Source: Actinomycetes bacterium (GTDB lineage: Bacteria; Actinomycetota; Thermoleophilia; BMS3ABIN01). From it: a DNA stretch of 64,000 nt. Below are positions 58,688 through 64,000 of this stretch, piece by piece. The stretch covers positions 23,543 through 87,542 of the forward strand of contig JAJYIM010000001.1 of assembly GCA_021790115.1 (NCBI GenBank). The letters are read 5' to 3'. Every line of letters begins with the position of its first letter. Position 1 is the first letter of the stretch. A program made the position numbers and the translations under genes. The notes beneath the pieces are model-generated. The model saw nothing but the letters and a program-made list of their open reading frames with translations, was not told the origin of the DNA and did no database searches.

Positions 58688-59436
58688 CGCCGTCATCGGC
58701 AGCACCAACAAAAATGCCGCTAAGCGTGGGTGATTTTTATGGTCCCTTTCAACTGATCGAGGCTGTCGAGGGGAAGAAATACTGATTCAGGTTAAAAAAA
58801 CTTCGATTGTTTGATCTGGAGGCCGGCTACCGGTTAGAGCAAAATGGAGAAGATACTCTCCTGAGTTTACTGCTCATATCCTCCAATCCCAACCTAATTC
58901 AGCGCTGCTATTGGCGGCTGGTAAAACCAATTCACAGCGTGTTGGCAGCAAAAACCCTTAAAACAATCAAAGCCGAAGTTGAAAGCTCCATCAACGTTAC
59001 ACATTCCTCGTAAATCTTTTCAACCTCATCATCAATAACGGCGACTTCCACATGCTAGGCGGATTGACCCCGAGAAAGTCAGATGCCGGCTCGATATGCT
59101 GGTTGCTGCCATTGGGAAGCCCCGAGGAGCAGCCCCGAGCCAGGAAGCTGGCCGCGAGACAGCGCATCTTAGAATCTGTCAATGATTCGCCAGGGGCAGG
59201 AGTAATCCCGCCCTTTCTCTGACCGTATCCTTGCTTGCCCGGGTTCTGGGCGCACTTTTTCCTCTGGGGCAAGTGATGACAAATGTAACAGAATAGCAAT
59301 ATTGCGTCAGTCAAATCAAGGCTGTTCTTGAAGCCGGTGAAGGATAAGTGTTGCGCGAAAGCCGGGCGTTAAGTGGTAGAATCACGGTCGTGAGAAGCCC
59401 TGAGACATTGATCCAAAAAACTGACAAGGGGGCGGC

Positions 59437-61989
59437 TTGCGGCAGGTTGACATAGCATCCATCAGCGGCCTTTCCGAGCCGCAGGCAAGGGAGCGCCTCA
59501 GGACTGAAGGCTACAACGAGCTGCCCGCGGCCGGCACCCGCAACATTCTCAGGATTGCCCTTGACGTTGTGTGCGAGCCGATGTTCCTGCTGCTGATCGC
59601 CGCCGGCAGCCTCTACCTTTTTCTTGGCAACCTTGAAGAAGCGCTCCTTTTGTTATTTTTCGTTTTTGTGATCATGAGCATCACTTTCTACCAGGAGCGC
59701 AAAAGCGAGCGCGCCCTGGAGGCGCTCAGGGGGCTGTCCAGTCCGCGGGCGCGCGTCATCCGCGGCGGCAATGTCTGCCGCATCGCCGGGCGGGAAGTGG
59801 TAAGGGGCGACATCCTCATCGTTGATGAAGGTGACCGAGTCCCCGCCGATGCAAAGCTTTCCTTCTGTGACAACCTGTACGTGGACGAGTCGCTGCTAAC
59901 CGGCGAATCAGTTCCAGTGCGCAAGGCCACCGGCGGCGCCCGTCAAGCCAGGCCAGGCGGAGACGGGCAACCGTTTATCTATTCGGGAACGCTTGTTGTC
60001 CGGGGCCGGGGCGTGGCCAAGACAGTTAAAACGGGCAGCGCCACACAGATGGGGCAGATTGGCAAATCCCTCGAGAGGATCGAACCCAAGGATACCGTTC
60101 TTCAGATTCAAACCCGGCGCCTGGTGCGCAACCTGGCTGCTATCGGCATCTCGCTCTGCGTTTTTGTTGCCATCGTTTACGGCGCCACCCGGGGCGGCTG
60201 GCTGGCTGGCCTGCTGGCGGGCATAACACTGGCAATGGCGACCCTGCCGGAGGAGTTCCCTGTCGTTCTCACCGTCTTTCTGGCTTTGGGCGCCTGGAAG
60301 ATATCGCAGAGCCGTGTCCTCACCAGGCGGCTGCCGGCAGTTGAGACTCTGGGCGCGGCGACGGCACTCTGTGTGGACAAGACGGGCACGCTGACCCTCA
60401 ATCAAATGGCGGTTGGCAGGCTCATGGCAAAAGGCAAGGTCTTTGACTTGAATAGCTTAACTGAGATCAAAGGGATTCCGGAAGAATTCCACCCTTTGAT
60501 TGAATATGGCATTCTCGCCAGCCAGCGAGACCCTTTTGACCCGATGGAGAAAGCCATTCGCCGCCTCGGCGAGCACGAGCTGGCGAAAACTGAGCACCTG
60601 CATGATAATTGGCAGCTTGTCCAGTCCTACTCGCTCTCGGAAAAGCTGTTGGCGCTGTCTCATGTCTGGCAATCACCAGGTGGCGACGAATACGTCATCG
60701 CCGCCAAAGGCGCCCCTGAGGCAATTGCCGATTTATGCCATTTTGACGGCGGTCAGCTGCAGGAGATGGACGGGCAAATCAACCAACTGGCGGAGTCAGG
60801 ATTAAGAGTGCTTGGAGTGGCACAAACCCGCTTCCGCAAAACGGCGATCCTGCCATCAAAGCAGCACGATTTCGATTTTGAGTTTGTCGGGCTGCTGGGT
60901 CTTTCGGATCCGTTGAGGCCGGAAGTGCCGGAAGCTATCAGGGAGTGCTACCGCGCCGGCGTGCGGGTAATCATGATCACGGGAGACTACCCTGGCACAG
61001 CAATGAACATAGCGCGGCAGATAGGCCTGCACGGCTGCGAGCGCGTCATCACCGGCCCGGAGCTGGAACAAATGCCGGCGGCAGAGCTGGCCCGCCGCAT
61101 TAGCTCCACCAACATTTTTGCCCGTGTTGTTCCGGAGCAAAAGCTGCGGCTAGTCCAGGCCCTCGGCGCCAATGGCGAAATAGTAGCGATGACGGGCGAT
61201 GGCGTGAATGACTCGCCGGCCCTGAAGGCAGCCAACATTGGCATCGCCATGGGCGGACGCGGGACCGATGTCGCCCGCGAATCAGCGGCGCTGGTGCTGC
61301 TCGACGACGATTTCTCTTCAATCGTAAGGGCAGTCCGGCTGGGTCGGCAGATTTATGATAATATTAAAAAGGCGATGACGTATATCGTCGCCGTTCATGT
61401 GCCGGTTGTCGGCCTGACAATCGTGCCGGTGCTGCTGGGTTGGCCACTAATCCTGCTGCCGGTGCATATAGTCTTCCTTGAATTGATAATTGATCCTGCC
61501 TGTTCCATAGTTTTTGAAGCCGAGCCAGAGGAGGCTGACGTGATGCGGCGCCCTCCCCGCGCGCCGGACGAGCCGCTCTTCGGCCGGCGCTCTCTTTCGC
61601 TCAGCCTGCTCCAGGGGGCCAGCGTCCTGGCAATCGTACTGTTTTTCTTCGCTTTCTTCTATTATCGCGGGCATGGCCTGGGCACAATCCGCGCCATGAC
61701 TTATACAACGCTTATTTTCGCCAACCTGGGGCTGATTTTGACGAACCGATCCTGGTCCAAAACCATATTTCAGACCATCCGCACCAGGAACCGCGCCCTC
61801 TGGCTGCTCTTGGGAAGCGTTCCCGTCTTCCTTGGCCTGGTGCTCTACGTGCCGTTCCTGAAAAGCCTCTTTCTCTTCGAGCAGCTTAGGCCCATTGACC
61901 TGGCAGCCTGTTTTGTGGCTGGTTTTGTCAGCATTGCCTGGTTTGAGGTACTTAAGTTCCTGCAGGCAAGAACTCCAAAGGCGGCTTAG
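59437..61989 (+). CDS. cation-transporting P-type ATPase (type II, Ca2+/Mg2+-like)
   Basis: CVDKTGTLTLNQM (DKTGT), MTGDGVNDSPALKAANIGIAMG and TGES. AAGGGGG lies 6 nt before the TTG start. 850 aa. Confidence 0.9.
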   Translation: MRQVDIASISGLSEPQARERLRTEGYNELPAAGTRNILRIALDVVCEPMFLLLIAAGSLYLFLGNLEEALLLLFFVFVIMSITFYQERKSERALEALRGLSSPRARVIRGGNVCRIAGREVVRGDILIVDEGDRVPADAKLSFCDNLYVDESLLTGESVPVRKATGGARQARPGGDGQPFIYSGTLVVRGRGVAKTVKTGSATQMGQIGKSLERIEPKDTVLQIQTRRLVRNLAAIGISLCVFVAIVYGATRGGWLAGLLAGITLAMATLPEEFPVVLTVFLALGAWKISQSRVLTRRLPAVETLGAATALCVDKTGTLTLNQMAVGRLMAKGKVFDLNSLTEIKGIPEEFHPLIEYGILASQRDPFDPMEKAIRRLGEHELAKTEHLHDNWQLVQSYSLSEKLLALSHVWQSPGGDEYVIAAKGAPEAIADLCHFDGGQLQEMDGQINQLAESGLRVLGVAQTRFRKTAILPSKQHDFDFEFVGLLGLSDPLRPEVPEAIRECYRAGVRVIMITGDYPGTAMNIARQIGLHGCERVITGPELEQMPAAELARRISSTNIFARVVPEQKLRLVQALGANGEIVAMTGDGVNDSPALKAANIGIAMGGRGTDVARESAALVLLDDDFSSIVRAVRLGRQIYDNIKKAMTYIVAVHVPVVGLTIVPVLLGWPLILLPVHIVFLELIIDPACSIVFEAEPEEADVMRRPPRAPDEPLFGRRSLSLSLLQGASVLAIVLFFFAFFYYRGHGLGTIRAMTYTTLIFANLGLILTNRSWSKTIFQTIRTRNRALWLLLGSVPVFLGLVLYVPFLKSLFLFEQLRPIDLAACFVAGFVSIAWFEVLKFLQARTPKAA

Positions 61990-62142
61990 AACCGGGTCAG
62001 TTTTGCCGTTGGTGCTGATGATTGGTCAACCATCTCCTTTCAGGAAGGATCAGCGGTAACGAAGATTCCCTCCCGCTTTCAGGGAGAGGATCAGAGTGAC
62101 GGGTTTAAAGCCCGCCGATAGAGTTCAAAATAACGTCAAACA

Positions 62143-62472
62143 ATGTTCGGACGGAAGCTATTGACCAATGTAGATTACAACCGCGATTCTTATAATGCCT
62201 GCCTCTGTGGCGGCTGCCCGGTGATCCGCAGCAGCGCCTGCATCCACAGTCAGGAAGAGGCGCTGGCGCCCAGGACGGAGGCTGTTGAAAGAGAAGGACT
62301 GATGCCGCCGCCGGAAATTATGCCGGGCATTTACTGCGCCATCGGCAAGTCTGCTTGTGAAGATTTAAGCAGCAGGAAAAAATGCCTCTGCCCGGCATGC
62401 CCGGTGCAAATCGAGGCCGACCTCAGTAAAAGTTATTATTGCCGCTTGGGCAGCGCGGCCGAGGTGAGCTGA
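62143..62472 (+). CDS. DUF2769 domain protein (two CxCxxCP...YYCxxGS modules)
   Basis: ACLCGGCPVIRSSAC... and KCLCPACPVQIEADLSKSYYCRLGSA. 109 aa. Confidence 0.7.
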   Translation: MFGRKLLTNVDYNRDSYNACLCGGCPVIRSSACIHSQEEALAPRTEAVEREGLMPPPEIMPGIYCAIGKSACEDLSSRKKCLCPACPVQIEADLSKSYYCRLGSAAEVS

Positions 62473-62864
62473 TTTTGGCTAGAATCAAGCTGAACATCAG
62501 CAATTATGGAAAGTGCCTGTGCCCGGTTTGCCCCGTTCAGCTGAAAAGCCCGTGCATCGCCGCAAAAAATGAAAACTGGCGCGAGCAGAGGAAGGCCATT
62601 GGGGAGATCCTCAAGGAATATCCTGATCATCCCGAAGCATATCAAATGGACATGGAAGAACTGGAAAAAAGCGGCGTCGGGATCAGGCATCACTTTTCTC
62701 AGCCCCGCCCGGATGAGATGCAGGAGCTCTACTGTTCAGAAGCGGTTGGCAAGTCAAACTGCGATGACCTGGATGAAGAAAAAATGTGCCAGTGCCAGGA
62801 CTGCGCGGTCTGGCAGCAAAACAGGCTGGGCCGGACTTACTTCTGCCTCAGCGGCAGCGCCTGA
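62439..62864 (+). CDS. DUF2769 domain protein (two modules); start TTG 62439 or TTG 62475
   Basis: KCLCPVCPVQLKSPCIAAKN... and MCQCQDCAVWQQNRLGRTYFCLSGSA. Confidence 0.7.
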   Translation: MPLGQRGRGELILARIKLNISNYGKCLCPVCPVQLKSPCIAAKNENWREQRKAIGEILKEYPDHPEAYQMDMEELEKSGVGIRHHFSQPRPDEMQELYCSEAVGKSNCDDLDEEKMCQCQDCAVWQQNRLGRTYFCLSGSA

Positions 62865-62925
62865 GAGAACTTTTTGTTCGAGAGGTTTTGGCCCATAGCC
62901 GAAAGTTTTTAGGGGATTTCCCTGA

Positions 62926-62954
62926 TTGAATTTTAATTTGACTGGTCCTATAAT
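62926..62954 (+). promoter_or_regulatory. near-consensus sigma-70 promoter TTGAAT-17-TATAAT
   Basis: TTGAAT at 62926-62931, a 17-nt spacer, then TATAAT at 62949-62954. Lies ~45 nt upstream of the small peptide gene. Confidence 0.5.
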
Positions 62955-62998
62955 GATTAGGTTTGCTATTTGATCAATCCTACGAAGGGGGTGCGGCG

Positions 62999-63124
62999 GT
63001 GAGTGACAGCATGATTTACGCGCGGCCGGAGCTGAACAAGCTGGGTAATGTCATTGACGTAACTTTTGACGACAGTGGCTGGAGCTGCAGCAATTCGGGT
63101 GACAGTTGCGATAACGATGACTGA
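62999..63124 (+). CDS. small acidic Cys-containing peptide (41 aa from GTG; 37 aa from ATG 63011)
   Basis: AAGGGGG lies 7 nt before GTG 62999. (M)SDSMIYARPELNKLGNVIDVTFDDSGWSCSNSGDSCDNDD. A strong promoter precedes it and a strong terminator follows. Not in the ORF track (<60 aa). Confidence 0.5.
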   Translation: MSDSMIYARPELNKLGNVIDVTFDDSGWSCSNSGDSCDNDD

Positions 63125-63158
63125 GAACAGGAAACGACCTGCGTAAATACAAGAATTT

Positions 63159-63186
63159 CGCGGCCTCTTCGGAGGCCGCTTTTTTG
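63159..63186 (+). terminator. rho-independent terminator
   Basis: GCGGCCTC-TTCG-GAGGCCGC, then TTTTTTG. Confidence 0.75.
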
Positions 63187-63331
63187 TATTTGTTTCATTT
63201 TGTTTAAGCCGGGTGGTTTTCCGTACTTTGGTTTGACCTGGGAAGCTTCTTCTCCTATTATTTTTCTTCGCGGGAGACTGACTGGTTTGCTTTCCCTTCG
63301 GGGCAGTCTTTCGTACAATTGAGTCTGGCGC

Positions 63332-63409
63332 GGGGGCGTAGTTCAGTCGGTTCAGAACGCCGGCCTGTCACGCCGGAGGTCGCGGGTTCGAGTCCCGTCG
63401 CTCCCGCCA
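63332..63409 (+). tRNA. tRNA-Asp (anticodon GTC), CCA encoded
   Basis: Manual cloverleaf: GGGGGCG/CGCTCCC acceptor (one G-U), GTTC-AGTCGGTTCA-GAAC D arm, CCGGC-CTGTCAC-GCCGG anticodon arm, GCGGG-TTCGAGT-CCCGT T arm, then G-CCA. Confidence 0.88.
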
Positions 63410-63620
63410 GCCAATGCCCTTGCCAGCACAAGGGGGTTCTGGCTGCCCTATTTAATCCTTCTCCTTTTTCCAAAAAGCCATCATTTGCCCAGACCAAAAG
63501 CCTGCGCCTGCCGACTTGTTTTTCTCTGTTTCGGTTCTTTCAGGAGGCGGCGCGTTTACGCCTTGCCGGCAAGGGTAAGATTTCGCTGGCACAAAAAAAC
63601 TGATCCGGAGGGCAACCATC

Positions 63621-63830
63621 ATGCCAGTCCCCAATTCACAAGAAAACATGTCCAGATGCGTTTGCGGCTCCTGCCCGTCATACCTTGAGGGGGACAGCGG
63701 ATTTTTCTGCTCCCTCGGCAAGAGCCAGAAAAGCCTGGAGAAAAAAGGTTGTATCTGCAACACTTGCGGCAACTGGGAAGAGGTTGGCTTAAGCGCTGGT
63801 TACTACTGCGCTGAGGGCAGGGCAGAATAG
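63621..63830 (+). CDS. DUF2769 domain protein
   Basis: GGAG lies 10 nt before the ATG. RCVCGSCPSYLEGDSGFFCSLGKS and GCICNTCGNWEEVGLSAGYYCAEGRA. 69 aa. Confidence 0.7.
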   Translation: MPVPNSQENMSRCVCGSCPSYLEGDSGFFCSLGKSQKSLEKKGCICNTCGNWEEVGLSAGYYCAEGRAE

Positions 63831-64000
63831 TGAAGGCATCCGACATAGCTTCCGGCCACGGGGTAGTCGGCGAGATCAACGGCAGGCCGGTAGCCGTCTA
63901 CAATGCCGGCGATCGGCTGGTGGTGCTGGAGAATATTTGCACCCATATGGGTTGTCAGACTGACTGGAATGACTCCGGCGATAGCTGGGACTGTCCCTGC
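63830..64000 (+). CDS. Rieske [2Fe-2S] domain protein (N-terminal part; continues past window end)
   Basis: GTG overlaps the preceding stop. VKASDIASGHGVVGEINGRPVAVYNAGDRLVVLENICTHMGCQTDWNDSGDSWDCPC. CTHMGC (CxHxGC box 1) and CPC (start of the CPCHGS box 2). Confidence 0.6.
   Translation, partial: MKASDIASGHGVVGEINGRPVAVYNAGDRLVVLENICTHMGCQTDWNDSGDSWDCPC

Overview
The window is a high-GC bacterial chromosomal segment, almost all on the minus strand through 50.8 kb; DUF2769 proteins and many non-ATG starts suggest Dehalococcoidia or another anaerobic Chloroflexota, but that is a guess. The housekeeping backbone is ruvA-ruvC-yebC, pdxS/pdxT, a GuaB3-like IMPDH paralog, lepB, nadD, proBA, murA, the full F1Fo ATP synthase operon (atpIBEFHAGDC), wecA-like GT4, dCMP deaminase, glyA, rpiB, tsaC, lexA, prmC-prfA, thyX and rpmE, plus tRNA-Val and tRNA-Asp. 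Three things stand out.

- A roughly 10.5 kb cluster (10160-20696) combines two B12-binding radical SAM enzymes, a radical SAM/SPASM enzyme, a polyprenyl-phosphate-sugar synthase-like GT2 with a GT-C membrane glycosyltransferase, a corrinoid protein, an MtaA-like methyltransferase and a RACo-like ASKHA activase. This is the best candidate for an undescribed system.
- Three large secreted paralogs are built from a roughly 100-aa repeat with no name I recognise (Y/F-x-W-T-W-Y-D ... N-W-V-L-x-A-N-P ... P-T-F-P-G-x-M-G-G-P-V-E-V ... F-N-E-V). One is fused to a Ycf48-like propeller.
- Intergenic DNA is packed with repeat families: a heptamer-repeat element ending GGATAAACCAAAACC that sits directly after stop codons (at least 12 copies), a roughly 70-90 nt hairpin element with terminal inverted repeats (5 copies), shared terminator hairpins and a 42-nt perfect palindrome.

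Downstream of tRNA-Val lies a decayed accessory island: an IS3 transposase remnant, an AAA ATPase, truncated sigma and TPR fragments, an AbiEi/AbiEii pair, an AbrB-family gene, a broken alkylation-repair-like gene, a small-peptide/BtrH_N cassette, a P-type ATPase, three DUF2769 genes, a strongly promoted small acidic Cys peptide gene, and a partial Rieske gene at the window end.

All calls rest on reading the translations and the DNA by eye; no searches were run. My line-label indexing disagreed with the ORF track by 1 nt at one locus (murA), so treat coordinates as +/-2 nt.
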